Assembly: GCA_037445065.1 (NCBI GenBank)
Contig: JBBILD010000009.1
Span: forward strand, 32,001-96,000
DNA from: Myxococcales bacterium
GTDB taxonomy: Bacteria > Desulfobacterota > Binatia > HRBIN30
Direction: 5' to 3'
Length of the DNA stretch: 64,000 nt
This document shows, piece after piece, positions 28,980 through 41,165 of this stretch. Position numbers and translations under genes: made by a program. Within the stretch, counting starts at the first letter, position 1. Each line of letters begins with the position of its first letter. The notes under the pieces were generated by a model. The model saw nothing but the letters and a program-made list of their open reading frames with translations. It was not told where the DNA came from and searched no databases.

Positions 28980-31900
28980 TGGCGGTCCGTCCCCTCGACC
29001 CGCTTCGCGTGCCGCTTTCTGGCACAACCTTGATCGAAGCCAGCGCCGGCACGGGCAAGACCCACACCATCACCACTCTTTACTTGCGCTTGCTTCTCGA
29101 GCGCGCCCTGGCAGTGGAACAAATCCTGGTCGTCACCTTCACCCGCGCTGCCACTGCAGAACTCGCCGATCGCATCCGTCGGCGGATCAGCGATCTGCTG
29201 GCCGTCTTGTCCGGGAAACCCGCTGCCGACCGCGAACTCGAAGCATTGGCCGCCTCTCGGCCGCCCGAGAAGCGGCAAGAGGACCAAGTACGCTTGCTCA
29301 CCGCCCTGTACAGCTTCGACCTAGCCGCGGTGTTCACGATCCACAGCTTCTGCCTGCGCATGCTACAGCAGCATGCCTTCGAAAGTGGCCTCGCCTTCGA
29401 TGTGGGCCTTTCTCCCGACACCTCGCGCCTCGCGGAACAGCTCTGCGATGATTTCTGGGTCCGCCTGGCACAAGAAAACGCGGACCCACAAATCCAGCGC
29501 CTCTTCTGCCCGAAGGACGACCAGCGCTTCCTGACCGCCAAGAAAGCGCGCTCGCTCTTGCAGCAAATCGTGCGGCTTAAACTCCGCCATCCGGACTTGC
29601 AGGTCGTCTGGGGCGACCGTTCCGCCGATCGGCCGGAGCGGTCGTGGGCACGGGTCTGCCAGGAGTGCCTGGACTACGTGCTGCGCGCGCGCGAGCAGCA
29701 CTTGCGCCGCTCGCGCACGCTCGGCTTTGATGACCTTTTACGGCGCTTCCGCGATGCACTGCGACAGCACGAACGCCTGGCCCACTCGGTGCGACAGCAG
29801 TTTCCCGCCGCCCTCATTGATGAGTTTCAAGACACCGACCCCGTGCAGTACGACATCTTCCGCACACTCTACGTGCAGCAACCGGACTGTTCCTTGTTCC
29901 TGATCGGCGATCCGAAACAGTCCATCTACGCTTTCCGCGGCGCCGATGTGTTCGCGTACCTGCGCGGTAAACGAGACGCCCAGCGCCAGTTCACCCTAAC
30001 TCGGAATTGGCGTTCGTGGCCGGCTCTGGTGGAAGCCGTGAATCACCTATTACTGAACGCACAGACGGAACCCCCGTTTGTGCTCGAGGGAATCGAGTTC
30101 CACCCAGCGAAGTCCGCCCTCGACGGCTCTGCACCGGAGGCGGGGTTGGAACTCCTGTTCGTCCCTAGCCCGGAGGGAACCAGGAACAAACAGGACGCGC
30201 GCCCCCTCGTGTGCAACCTCGTCGCTCGGGAGATCCGGCGCTTCGTGGAAAGCAAACCACGCTTCGGCGAGGAGGAAATCTCCTACGGCAGCATCGCCGT
30301 GCTCTGTAACACCAACGCCCAAGCGCTGGACCTGCAGCGCGCCTTGCGCCGCCTCGGCATCCCGTCGGCGCTGGAAAGCGAAGCCAGTGTCTTCGACAGC
30401 GACGAGGCACGCGAGTTGGAATGGGTGCTGGCAGCGGTGGCCGACCCCTTTGACAATGGCAGGGTAAAAGCCGCACTGGCCACTTCGCTGTTCGGCTGGA
30501 GAGCCCCGGCTCTGTTCGACCCCCCGGAGAACGTGATGGACAAGACGCACGAGCAGTTCTTCGAGTGGCGCGATCATTGGCGGCGCTACGGCGTGATGGC
30601 GGCTCTGCAAGCGATTTTGGAGGCAACGCAAGCCTTGCCGCGCCTGCTTACCCTAGCCGACGGCGAGCGGCGAGTGACCAACTTCTTCCATCTCGCTGAA
30701 CTGCTGCAGCGTGCCGCGGAAGAGCAACGGCTCGATCCGCTCTCACTGGTGCGCTGGCTGGGCCTGATGCGCCGCAGTAGCGAGGCGCGTAACTCCGAGA
30801 TCGGCTTCGGCGAGGAGGCGCAACTGCGGCTCGAGAGCGACGAGCGAGCCGTCAAATTGGTCACCATCCACAAGAGCAAGGGGCTTCAGTATCCGATCGT
30901 GTACTGCCCGTTTCTTTGGGACGCGAATACGCGTGCGAGCAAGGAACTCCCGCTCTTCCACCAACAGCCAGACTTCACCTTGCAGCTCGACGCTCGCCTC
31001 ACACCGGCGCGGGAATCGCTTCTTGCGGCTCGGCGGGAAGAGCAGGCCGAAGCGCGCCGCCGCCTGTACGTGGCCCTCACACGCGCCCGCCTGCGCTGCA
31101 CCGTGGTGTGGGGAAACTTCAACGGTGCGGCGCAGTCGGCGCTGGCCGGCCTCCTCCATCCACACGCGATTACCCGCAACCAGGACGGCCGACCGAACTG
31201 GAACAGATCTTTCACGCTACAGGGAGACAGCGCTTTCCTGCGCGACTTAAACCAGCTCGCCAGCAGCTCGAACGGCAGCATCCGTGTCCGCAGATGGGAA
31301 CCCCCGCGCGGCCAGACGACCTCCACCACTTCCGCGGCTGTGGGCGCTGGGTCGCTCGCTGCACGCCCCACGCAGCGAGTCCTTACAGCTTCCTGGCAGG
31401 TGGCTAGCTTCACCACTTTGATCCAGGGCCACGATCCCACCCGGCCCGTGCTGAGCGAGGGCACGGACTACGACGCAGTGGGCACAACGACGTTGGACGG
31501 CGCGCCTGCACCGGGGCAGGGTCTGCTGTTCTCCACCTTTCCTCCTGGGCCGGTCAGCGGGGAAATTCTGCACGGCGTCCTCGAACGGCTCGAGTTCACC
31601 CGTCCCGTCAGCGAGCAGCGCGATCTACTCGAGGCTGCGCTGGCGGGAAGTCCGCTCGGGAACGCATCTGACCTCGAAAGCAGCTTACAACAAGTTTTGG
31701 ATACGGAGCTGCCCACTGGCTTTCGCCTGGCCGACATCCCGCGCCGCCAGTGCCTGCACGAACTCGACTTTCTCCTGCCCGTGCACGCTAGCGAGGGTGG
31801 GCAGCGGTTCGTGCGTCCGGCCGATCTTCAGCAGACCTTTGCCCGCCACTGCCAGCTCCCGAATGCGCGCGCGTACGCGGAAAGCCTCGCCCGCCTCCCG

Positions 31901-32278
31901 TTTCCTGCATGGGAAGGATTTCTCAAAGGGTACATGGATCTCGTCTTTGAGCACGAGGGGTGCTGGTACCTGGTGGATTACAAGTCGAACCAGGTGGGAG
32001 TGCGCGTAGCCGATTACGCCTCAGAGCGGTTGTTGCCTGTCATGGCCCAGCACCATTACTTGCTCCAATACCACCTCTACACCGTCGCCTTGCACCGATT
32101 CTTACGCGAGCGGCTCGCGGACTACGACTACGACGCCCACTTTGGCGGCGTGCTGTACCTGTTCCTCCGTGCCGTCTCGCCGCAACACCCGCCGGGAAGC
32201 GGGGTGTTTTTCGATCGCCCACCGCGAGCGCTCATAGAAGCGCTGCACCAACTGTTTGCCGGAGACAAACTGCCATGA
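28979..32278 (+). CDS. recB: Exodeoxyribonuclease V beta subunit
   Basis: LIEASAGTGKT, IDEFQDTD, IGDPKQSIYAFRGAD, TIHKSKGL and nuclease motif GYMDLVF...VDYKSN. Confidence 0.96.
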   Translation: MAVRPLDPLRVPLSGTTLIEASAGTGKTHTITTLYLRLLLERALAVEQILVVTFTRAATAELADRIRRRISDLLAVLSGKPAADRELEALAASRPPEKRQEDQVRLLTALYSFDLAAVFTIHSFCLRMLQQHAFESGLAFDVGLSPDTSRLAEQLCDDFWVRLAQENADPQIQRLFCPKDDQRFLTAKKARSLLQQIVRLKLRHPDLQVVWGDRSADRPERSWARVCQECLDYVLRAREQHLRRSRTLGFDDLLRRFRDALRQHERLAHSVRQQFPAALIDEFQDTDPVQYDIFRTLYVQQPDCSLFLIGDPKQSIYAFRGADVFAYLRGKRDAQRQFTLTRNWRSWPALVEAVNHLLLNAQTEPPFVLEGIEFHPAKSALDGSAPEAGLELLFVPSPEGTRNKQDARPLVCNLVAREIRRFVESKPRFGEEEISYGSIAVLCNTNAQALDLQRALRRLGIPSALESEASVFDSDEARELEWVLAAVADPFDNGRVKAALATSLFGWRAPALFDPPENVMDKTHEQFFEWRDHWRRYGVMAALQAILEATQALPRLLTLADGERRVTNFFHLAELLQRAAEEQRLDPLSLVRWLGLMRRSSEARNSEIGFGEEAQLRLESDERAVKLVTIHKSKGLQYPIVYCPFLWDANTRASKELPLFHQQPDFTLQLDARLTPARESLLAARREEQAEARRRLYVALTRARLRCTVVWGNFNGAAQSALAGLLHPHAITRNQDGRPNWNRSFTLQGDSAFLRDLNQLASSSNGSIRVRRWEPPRGQTTSTTSAAVGAGSLAARPTQRVLTASWQVASFTTLIQGHDPTRPVLSEGTDYDAVGTTTLDGAPAPGQGLLFSTFPPGPVSGEILHGVLERLEFTRPVSEQRDLLEAALAGSPLGNASDLESSLQQVLDTELPTGFRLADIPRRQCLHELDFLLPVHASEGGQRFVRPADLQQTFARHCQLPNARAYAESLARLPFPAWEGFLKGYMDLVFEHEGCWYLVDYKSNQVGVRVADYASERLLPVMAQHHYLLQYHLYTVALHRFLRERLADYDYDAHFGGVLYLFLRAVSPQHPPGSGVFFDRPPRALIEALHQLFAGDKLP

Positions 32279-34143
32279 CGCTCGAGGCCTGGGTGGAAAG
32301 CGGCAACCTCTCCTGGCTCGACCTGCATTTGAGTCGCGCCCTCACAACCCTGGGCAGGGTCGAGGGAGAAGAGGCACAGTTGGTCGTGGCGCTCCTGTCA
32401 TCGGCCGTGCGCGGCGGCCACGTGTGCCTGGACCTCGCGCACCCCGCGGCAACCCTGCAACGCTTGGGATTCGATCTGTCTTTGGATCCGAGGGTGAACA
32501 GAGGCTTCGCGGCGCTGAGGGCGAGCGAACTCGTCAGTGACGGAAGCGAACACACGCCACTGGTGCTCGATTTTGCGCGTCGCCTGTACTTGCGGCGCTA
32601 CTGGGAATACGAGCAGTTTGTACTGCGCGCGTTGCGCGAGCGTGCCTCGCAGGTGGAGGAAGCCGCAACGCCCGACACCCTTCGTCCTCTGATCGAGCGC
32701 CTGTTCCCTCCCGACCAGGGTGCGAAGGGAGAACCTGACTGGCAAATGGCGGCCGCTTTGATAGCGAGCCGCCGCCGGTTTTGCGTGATCACCGGCGGGC
32801 CCGGTACCGGAAAAACGTACACGGCGGCACGTGTGCTCGCTCTGCTCCTTGAAGTGGCCAAGGAGCGCGGCCAGCCCGCACCGCGCATCGCCCTGGCCGC
32901 GCCCACGGGCAAAGCCGCGGCGCGGCTTGCGCAGACGATTGGCGAGGCGCGCGACCACTTGGCCAGTGCCGTGAGCATGGAGACGTGCAGCCGACTCCCA
33001 GCCGAGGCTTCCACGATCCACCGTTTGCTGCGGCCCATCGGCGGTAGTGACGCCCGCTTTGTCTTTTGCGCCGATCACCCATTACTGGCGGACGTGGTGG
33101 TGGTGGACGAATGCTCCATGGTAGACCTGGCGTTGTTCGCGCACCTTCTCGCCGCCGTTCCTCCGCATGCGCGTTTGATCCTGCTCGGCGACGAACACCA
33201 GCTCGCCTCCGTGGAGGCGGGAGCGGTGCTGGGCGACATTTGCGATCGCGGCCGCGAACGCGGCTACTCTGCTGAGCAAGCCGCCTGGCTCGAGCGTGCC
33301 AGCGGCGGCCGCCTCGCCGGCGTTCCCTTGGGTAGCAGCGCAAATACCCCTCTGGCCGATTGCATCGTACGGCTCAAACGCAACTACCGTTTCCGCGGGG
33401 AAGGGGGCATCGGGGCGCTGGCGCGCGCCATCAACCGAGGCGACAGCGAAGAGGCGTGGCGGCTGCTCGAGAAGGCTGGCGCAGGCGATGCCATCGGCCT
33501 TGCCCCGCCTGCACGAGAACGAGAGATCCGCAGCGAGCTACGAGAAGCGGTAAGGAAGGGCTTTGCCCCGTACTTACGCAAAAGGGATCCCGGCGAACGG
33601 CTGGAGCAGTTCGAGCAGTACCGGGTGCTTTGCCCGCACCGGCACGGTCCGGCGGGAGTCTCGTTTCTCAACCGCCAAATCGAAGCCTGTCTAGCGCGCG
33701 CCAACCTCATCCGGCCCTATGCGGCCTGGTACGACGGACGCCCGGTACTGGTCACCGAAAACTCTTACGCACTGCGGCTTTTCAATGGCGATATCGGCGT
33801 CGTCACCGAGCGCAGCGGAGAAGGGCGCGGGCCCCAGGTGGCGTTTCGGACCGCGAGTGGGGAACTCCGCTTCGTGCCCCCCATCTGGCTTCCGGCGCAC
33901 CAAACCGCGTTCGCGATGACCATCCACAAGAGCCAAGGCTCGGAGTTCGAGTGCGTTGACGTAGTGCTCCCGCAGCAACCTGGCCCGCTTCTGACGCGCG
34001 AGTTGCTCTACACCGCGATTACCCGCGCCAAGCAGCGAGTCGTGCTACACAGCAACCGGGAAGTGTTCGTCACTGCCGTCAGGCAGCGGGTCGAACGTTC
34101 CTCGGGCCTGCGCGACGGGCTGTGGGGAGCGAGCGGAGAATAG
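32275..34143 (+). CDS. recD: Exodeoxyribonuclease V alpha subunit
   Basis: ITGGPGTGKT, AAPTGKAAARL, VVDECSM, QLASVEAG and AMTIHKSQGSEF; ATGA overlap with recB. Confidence 0.96.
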   Translation: MTLEAWVESGNLSWLDLHLSRALTTLGRVEGEEAQLVVALLSSAVRGGHVCLDLAHPAATLQRLGFDLSLDPRVNRGFAALRASELVSDGSEHTPLVLDFARRLYLRRYWEYEQFVLRALRERASQVEEAATPDTLRPLIERLFPPDQGAKGEPDWQMAAALIASRRRFCVITGGPGTGKTYTAARVLALLLEVAKERGQPAPRIALAAPTGKAAARLAQTIGEARDHLASAVSMETCSRLPAEASTIHRLLRPIGGSDARFVFCADHPLLADVVVVDECSMVDLALFAHLLAAVPPHARLILLGDEHQLASVEAGAVLGDICDRGRERGYSAEQAAWLERASGGRLAGVPLGSSANTPLADCIVRLKRNYRFRGEGGIGALARAINRGDSEEAWRLLEKAGAGDAIGLAPPAREREIRSELREAVRKGFAPYLRKRDPGERLEQFEQYRVLCPHRHGPAGVSFLNRQIEACLARANLIRPYAAWYDGRPVLVTENSYALRLFNGDIGVVTERSGEGRGPQVAFRTASGELRFVPPIWLPAHQTAFAMTIHKSQGSEFECVDVVLPQQPGPLLTRELLYTAITRAKQRVVLHSNREVFVTAVRQRVERSSGLRDGLWGASGE

Positions 34144-34230
34144 CCCCAGGCGCGGGGATCGCCGCGCGAGCAACCGCGCGGGCTGGGCTGCGCTTTGCGC
34201 CGAGCCCGCCGGTTGCTAGACAGCGGCGCC

Positions 34231-35198
<968 letters not shown>

Positions 35199-35202
<4 letters not shown>

Positions 35203-36185
35203 GTGGGGGCGACAGGACAGACGGGGTGCTGGTCGAGGCGCGGGGCCTCAAGAAGTACTTTCCGGTACGCCGGAGTTGGGGCCGCGTGCGTGAGGTGGTG
35301 CGGGCGGTGGACGGAGTGGACCTGTTCGTCCGTCCGGGGGAGACTTTAGGGATTGTGGGGGAGTCGGGCTGCGGTAAGTCGACCCTCGGCCGGCTGCTCT
35401 TGCGCCTCATCGAACCCAGCGAGGGCGAAATTTGGTTCGCAGGCGAGAACCTCTCCCGCCTGCGCGGACGGGCCCTGCGGCGCAAGCGGCGCGAGATGCA
35501 GATCATCTTTCAGGACCCGTACAGTTCGCTCAACCCGCGCATGCGCGTCGGCGAGATCGTTGGCGAAGGGCTGGCGATCCATGGCCTGGCGCGGGGGCAG
35601 GAGCGACGCGAGCGGGTCATCGAACTCTTGCGCCGAGTCGGACTCTCGCCCGATGCCTACGACCGCTACCCGCACGAGTTCAGCGGCGGCCAGCGGCAGC
35701 GCATCGGGATCGCGCGCGCCTTGGCGGTGGAGCCTCGCTTTCTCGTCGCCGACGAACCGGTCTCCGCCCTGGATGTGTCGGTGCAAGCACAGATCGTGAA
35801 TTTGCTGCAGGACCTACAACAGGAGCGCGGGCTTGCGTACTTGTTTATCGCGCACGACCTGCGCGTCGTGGAGTACATCAGCCACCGCGTCGCCATCATG
35901 TATCTGGGCAAAATCGTGGAGCTCGCGGAAGCTGAAGAACTCTACCGCAACCCCCGCCACCCGTACACGCGCGCCCTTCTCAGTGCCATCCCCGAGCCCG
36001 ACCCAGATCGCGGGAAAACGCGCCTGGTCTTGCCCGGCGATCCACCGAGCCCCATTCATCCGCCACCGGGATGCGCCTTTCACCCGCGCTGCCCGTTCGC
36101 GGAAGCGCGTTGCCGCAGCGAGGTGCCGCGTTTGATTGCCAACGCACAAGGCCACGCAGTTGCCTGTCACGTGTTTCCGGCATGA
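35199..36185 (+). CDS. Oligopeptide/dipeptide ABC transporter ATPase (OppF/DppF-like)
   Basis: [32 protein letters not shown] and GCAFHPRC. Confidence 0.93.
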
Positions 36186-36246
36186 GCGTGTTTGCACCGT
36201 GGACCCCGAGCAGGTATGAGTGCGCAGCGACGAGGAGAGGACCAGA

Positions 36247-36720
36247 GTGGCGTTTTGGAATCGGGCACCCAGCGAGCGTAGCGTGGGGGAAAAAACCCCC
36301 GAGCCCGCGCCAGAAACGCCAGCGAACTCCCCACAGACCCCCAGGCACGGTGGGGGGCTCGACGCAACTGCCTTACCGGCAACGATGGTCACGGAAACCT
36401 CGAACATTCGCCAATCCCTAGGCCGCGAGACCACGGTCACCGGCAAGCTCAGTTTCAATGCCCCGACGCGCATCGATGGCGTCCTCAACGGCGAGGTGCG
36501 TGCCAGCGACCTCTTGGTCATCGGCGAGGAGGGCAAGGTAGACGGGGCCGTCCGCGCACAACAATTGTTGGTGCTGGGCGAAGTGTGCGGTGAGCTGCAT
36601 GTGGAGGGGCGCACCGAGATCGGCGCAACCGGCAAGGTGCGCGGCGTCCTGCACAGCCGCCACCTGGTCGTCCACCCAGGCGCGTTCCTCGACGGCGACT
36701 GCAAGATCGGTCCGCGCTGA
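36247..36720 (+). CDS. Bactofilin (polymer-forming cytoskeletal protein)
   Basis: LGRETTVTGKLSF...RIDGVLNGEV...LVIGEEGKVDGAV...GAFLDGDC beta-helix; Pro-rich N-terminus with a short hydrophobic leader (MAFW). Confidence 0.9.
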   Translation: MAFWNRAPSERSVGEKTPEPAPETPANSPQTPRHGGGLDATALPATMVTETSNIRQSLGRETTVTGKLSFNAPTRIDGVLNGEVRASDLLVIGEEGKVDGAVRAQQLLVLGEVCGELHVEGRTEIGATGKVRGVLHSRHLVVHPGAFLDGDCKIGPR

Positions 36721-37053
36721 GCACCCTGTCTGCACGGGGCCGTGCACCGCCTCCGAGGGCAGACGCTGCGCGCCGAGCCCGAACTTTCCTGCGCAACGCC
36801 TGCGGTGCTGCTTGGCGGTCTGCTGCGCGCAGCCGTCAGACGGTGGAAGCGGAACGCGGCGGCAGCCTGGTTGCGACCAGCCAGGCACGGTGTTGCCCCT
36901 GACATGGCGCACCACCGTGCGCTCCATGGTGGGTGTCCTCGGAACCCTGTCGTGGGTGTCCTGGCAACGGTGGCCTGCCGGGCAAGCGGGCCGGCTGCCC
37001 GCCTGCCCACCACACGTGCACACGGGCTGGCAAGGGAGAAGACCCGTGCCTCC

Positions 37054-39471
37054 TCAAGCGGTGCCTCGAACCGCCCAACGAAATGCGCCCACGCCTGAGG
37101 CGTAAATCAAAACGGCGAGCACGGTGACGACCTGAAAGCTCCACGTGATCCCGATGATAACGGCCAGGACAGTGCCAATCACACTGGCACAGCCGTTCGC
37201 GCCCCAGCCCCAAGGAACCAAACCAGGGTTGATCTCACGTACGATGCGAATGCCATTGGGGAAAAACGCCCCCATCACCAGGCCGAGAGGTGCAAGCAAA
37301 GCCACCGCAACCAGAATGCGCACCGCCAGCCCAAAGCCGAGAAAGAACTCGAACACCTGCGGAAGCACGACCAAGTAACTCAGAGCCAGGCCAGCCAGCA
37401 CGAACAGCAACCGTTGGATTTGCCGCAAGCGATCGCGCGTATGCTCGGTCCGATAACTGCCAATTCCCGTGAAGACGAGCAGAGAGAAGAGAACCACACT
37501 GAGCGCGTACGTGGGGTAACCGAGGAAAAGGGTAAACCTCTGGATAAAACTGATCTCCAGCAAGATGAACCCCAGGCCCAAGGCGACAAAGTAGAACAAA
37601 AGGCCCGACTTACGGGGCACAGCGTGCAAACCGGTGCGCAGCTTTGCGAGCGGCATGAGGATCAGCAGCGCCGAGAACAACACCGATTGCGCCAGCATGA
37701 TCAGTAGCACCACCTGTCCGGTGGCGTACGAGCGGCGAGGGTCGAAAGAGGCGCGTTCGCCGAGGCTACTCCACTTATAAAAATTGAAGAAAAACGGACT
37801 CTCGTCAGTGGCTGGTTTCAAGCTCAGGTAGACGGAGTCCATATAAGCCGCGCGCTCCTGCTCGTTCCCGAGCAAGAGAGTAGAGTGCCCCGTCGGGAGT
37901 CGCCGGTCTGGCCGATGCCAGATGTCGAAACCCTGTTCGTTCGCGAAAGACTCGATTTTCGCAACCTCTTCCGGAGAAAAAGGCTCGTTTTTCACCAGCG
38001 TTTGCGTGAGAGCGAAGAAATCACGGCTGGCGAGCACAAAAACGTGCTGCCCCGGGGAAGCGACGCCGCGATCGTGAAGTGCTTTACGCACGACCGAAGC
38101 CAAGCGCAGGCTGTGCCGGGGGAGTTCGGTGGCATGGCGCAAATCTCCCATCGACATCGAAAACATCCCCCCAGGTTTGAGATGGGCCAGGTACTCACGC
38201 ACAGCATCGGCAGTGTAGAGGTAGCTCTCCGAAAGGACGTAGGCGCCGGTGGTAAGCGCGGAGAGGGTGTCTACGCCGTTAATCATGATGAGATCGTATT
38301 TCTCGTGCTGGGATCGCAGGTAATTTCTCCCCTCCGCCGCAACCACTTTGACGTTGGGCAGGTTGAACACGTTCCCGTTCCACTGGGAAAGCAGACGTTT
38401 CCCGATGTCGACTGTAACCGGATTCAATTCGACGCCTACAATCGAGGCTGCACTGTTGGCAACCGCCGTGAGGACGTCCGCCCCTCCCCCAATCCCGATC
38501 AAGAGCACTCGCGGTTTTTCGAGAAGAACGTAGGGAGCGCGTAAAATGTGGTGGCGGAACAGCGCAATTTCGTCGAGGCTCCCGTTCCAGCGATACATCA
38601 CGGCACAGGAATCTCCGTCGTAGGAGACCATGCCGAATTGCGGCTTTGGCCCCGTGTACCCCCGGCCGAGCCCGACGCGCGCATAGCTGCCCTCGGGGTC
38701 GCTCAGCTTCACGAAGTCTACCCGGTTGATCGGGGTCCACTTTTTCACGAGATGCTCGCTATCGCTCCGAGCGAGAAACAGCGCCAAGAACTTGCTCGGT
38801 GCCGGCTTGAAGTCGAGCGAGTTTGCGACCGGCAGCGACGCTACAGTGATTAGCCCCAGCCCCAAGGCCGCGGGAACCAAGATGGTGCGGCCTTCCCCGA
38901 CCGCGAAAAACACCGCGGCCGCAGCAAATGCCAGGCTCGAGAGCAGGGTGGCCAGGGGCGTCCCCACCACCCAAATCGCGGCCACTGCCAAGCTGCAGGC
39001 GAGTGCACCACCGAGCAAGTCCGCAAAATAGAGTCGGCTGACCGCTCGAGAAGCAAGCGTCAAGGTGCCGGATACACTGATGCCGGCCAAGAAAAACGGC
39101 AGAGCGACGGCCACGTAGTACAGGAACAACGTGCCGATCTGGTTACGGTTCGCCAGCACCTGCATAGGGTCGAGACGCACGTCGGCGAAAACGTACAGTG
39201 CGAGAAACACGGTTAAACTCGCGGCAAGGACCGAGCCAGCAAGGAGCCTCCTTCCTCCACGCTCCAGCAGTGCCGGGAACGCTGCCAGCACGGCGCCCGC
39301 ACCGCCGAAGCCGAGCAGCGCAACGCTGATTGTGAGATACGCGAAATGGTACCAAATCGTGAAGGAAAAGATTCGGGTAAGGGTTATCTGGAGAAGGAGT
39401 ACCCCAAAAGTGGTCAACCCCAGCGCGACGTAAAGCGAGAGGGGGACGCGTTCCTGCCGCAAGTCTGCCAT
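37054..39471 (-). CDS. Membrane protein with central spermidine-synthase-like SAM-dependent domain
   Basis: N-terminal TMs (LTRIFS...YFADLLG), VLLIGIGGGADV, GVELNP, AEGRNYL, PATDESPFFF and C-terminal TMs (WGWGANGCASV). Confidence 0.85.
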   Translation of the reverse strand: MADLRQERVPLSLYVALGLTTFGVLLLQITLTRIFSFTIWYHFAYLTISVALLGFGGAGAVLAAFPALLERGGRRLLAGSVLAASLTVFLALYVFADVRLDPMQVLANRNQIGTLFLYYVAVALPFFLAGISVSGTLTLASRAVSRLYFADLLGGALACSLAVAAIWVVGTPLATLLSSLAFAAAAVFFAVGEGRTILVPAALGLGLITVASLPVANSLDFKPAPSKFLALFLARSDSEHLVKKWTPINRVDFVKLSDPEGSYARVGLGRGYTGPKPQFGMVSYDGDSCAVMYRWNGSLDEIALFRHHILRAPYVLLEKPRVLLIGIGGGADVLTAVANSAASIVGVELNPVTVDIGKRLLSQWNGNVFNLPNVKVVAAEGRNYLRSQHEKYDLIMINGVDTLSALTTGAYVLSESYLYTADAVREYLAHLKPGGMFSMSMGDLRHATELPRHSLRLASVVRKALHDRGVASPGQHVFVLASRDFFALTQTLVKNEPFSPEEVAKIESFANEQGFDIWHRPDRRLPTGHSTLLLGNEQERAAYMDSVYLSLKPATDESPFFFNFYKWSSLGERASFDPRRSYATGQVVLLIMLAQSVLFSALLILMPLAKLRTGLHAVPRKSGLLFYFVALGLGFILLEISFIQRFTLFLGYPTYALSVVLFSLLVFTGIGSYRTEHTRDRLRQIQRLLFVLAGLALSYLVVLPQVFEFFLGFGLAVRILVAVALLAPLGLVMGAFFPNGIRIVREINPGLVPWGWGANGCASVIGTVLAVIIGITWSFQVVTVLAVLIYASGVGAFRWAVRGTA

Positions 39472-39858
39472 CGAACGTCTAACCTCGGAGGCGGCCGCAT
39501 GGCATAGGTTGGTCCACAAGTAAAGCGCGGAGTCTCGCGTTCCCTTTTTCGCGTGCCGTGCCTCGCATCTGTGGAGGCACCGCCTCCGAAACGCGGGCGT
39601 CACTCGCCCCGTTCCATGCACCATGCCGGAGCCGGCAACGGGCAATGCTCCGGGCTCGGGCGGTTGGGGGCTCCGTTCGGGTCCACGCGGCTACTGCTAG
39701 GTATGCGGGGGATAGACGATGAAACACGCCCGGCCACCATCGGTGCAGCGGCGCACATCCGCAAACGAACTCGAGTAGCCCTGCCGGACGCAACGTGTCG
39801 GTGGGGGCGGGGCGTTATGGCGAGGCAAACGGGGAAGTGACACCGATACCGCGACGTT

Positions 39859-39942
39859 TGTAGGGGCAGGCCTTGTGCCTGCCCGTGCCGAACCACCCGT
39901 GCGCGGATGGTACCACGGGCGGCCACAAGGGCCGCGCCTACA
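39859..39942. repeat. REP doublet (REPIN-like inverted pair)
   Basis: TGTAGGGGCAGGCCTTGTGCCTGCCCGTG ... CACGGGCGGCCACAAGGGCCGCGCCTACA, intergenic. Confidence 0.85.
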
Positions 39943-40125
39943 GATCCAGGTTTCGGCATTGTTCCCTAGGTGCTCGATCTCTCTGGAACGGCGTGCGGCT
40001 TGGCCTGCATGGTCGTCGAAGCCAAGCGGCCATCCGCTCCCGTAGGTCGGCTTTGCTCCGCGGCAAGCCAGCGACTAAGCAGTGGTTCACTGCACCATTC
40101 GTGCGCAATCGAGTAGAACGACCCC

Positions 40126-41106
40126 ATGCTCGTCCTTTCAGCCTCTGCTGCAAACCTGGAGCGGGCCGCCGCGCTGCTGCGCCGCGGCGGTGTGGTGGCC
40201 TTTCCTACCGAAACCGTCTACGGGCTGGGGGCCGTGGCGCTCGATCCCGAGGCAGTGGCTCGGGTGTTCGAGATCAAAGGCCGCCCGCGGTTCGATCCGC
40301 TCATTGTGCACGCTGCCAGCCTGGCGGAGGTCGAACCGCTGATCGCCGGGCTGCCCGAGCGTGCGCGCGCCGTCGCGGAGCGATTCTGGCCGGGTCCGCT
40401 CACTTTGGTCCTACGCAAGTCGGCACGGATTCCGGACATTGTCACCGCTGGCCTCGACACGGTGGCGGTTCGGGTACCCGCCCATCCGGTCGCGCTGGAA
40501 CTGTTGCGCCGGGTGGGGATGCCGCTTGCTGCCCCGAGCGCCAACCTCTTTGGAATGGCAAGCCCCACCACGGCCGAACACGTCCGTTCGCAGCTCGGGG
40601 CCCGGATTGACGCTTTGCTCGACGGTGGGGCCTGCGCGGTGGGCATCGAATCCACCGTGGTGCTGATCCCCGAGCAAGGCCCTGCGGTGCTTTTGCGTCC
40701 CGGCGGCACGCCGGTGGAAGAACTCGAGCCGCTGCTCGGTCCGCTCGAGCGCTCGACTGCAGCCGGGCAGCGACCCTTGGCTCCTGGGCAGCTCTTGCGC
40801 CACTATGCGCCGCGCACGCCGCTCGAGTTGTGCGATTGGGTGATCCCGCCCGCTCGCGGTGAAAGGGCGGGGCTGATTGCCTTTACTCCCCAACAGGTAA
40901 CCGACGGGTTCGCTGCCGTAGAGGTGCTCTCGGAGACCGGCAACTTGCGTGAGGCAGCGACGCGGCTGTTCGCGGCCATGCACCGGCTCGACGCCCTTGG
41001 CCTCGAACGCATCGTGGCCACGCGGGTACCAGCTTCGGGTTTGGGTCTGGCGATCAACGACCGCCTCGAGCGCGCCGCGAGACAGACATCCGAAACGCTT
41101 GCCTAA
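40126..41106 (+). CDS. sua5: L-threonylcarbamoyladenylate synthase (Sua5/TsaC2)
   Basis: VAFPTETVYGLGA, KGRP..DPLIVH, FWPGPLT, AAPSAN, APGQLLRHYAP and C-terminal SUA5 domain. Confidence 0.95.
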   Translation: MLVLSASAANLERAAALLRRGGVVAFPTETVYGLGAVALDPEAVARVFEIKGRPRFDPLIVHAASLAEVEPLIAGLPERARAVAERFWPGPLTLVLRKSARIPDIVTAGLDTVAVRVPAHPVALELLRRVGMPLAAPSANLFGMASPTTAEHVRSQLGARIDALLDGGACAVGIESTVVLIPEQGPAVLLRPGGTPVEELEPLLGPLERSTAAGQRPLAPGQLLRHYAPRTPLELCDWVIPPARGERAGLIAFTPQQVTDGFAAVEVLSETGNLREAATRLFAAMHRLDALGLERIVATRVPASGLGLAINDRLERAARQTSETLA

Positions 41107-41165
41107 GCCACTTCCGTTCGGGCATACCTTGCCCGGGCTCGCCTTCGGGCAGGCCCAAAGGGGAG

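Noticed and set aside
36721..37053. Short repeats (GTGGGTGTCCT x2) and hairpins between bactofilin and the spermidine-synthase-like gene
   Set aside because: Too short and too few to support an element.
39780..39850. c-di-GMP riboswitch (GGCAAAC plus an inverted repeat)
   Set aside because: Lacks the GAAA tetraloop and second stem of the class I motif.
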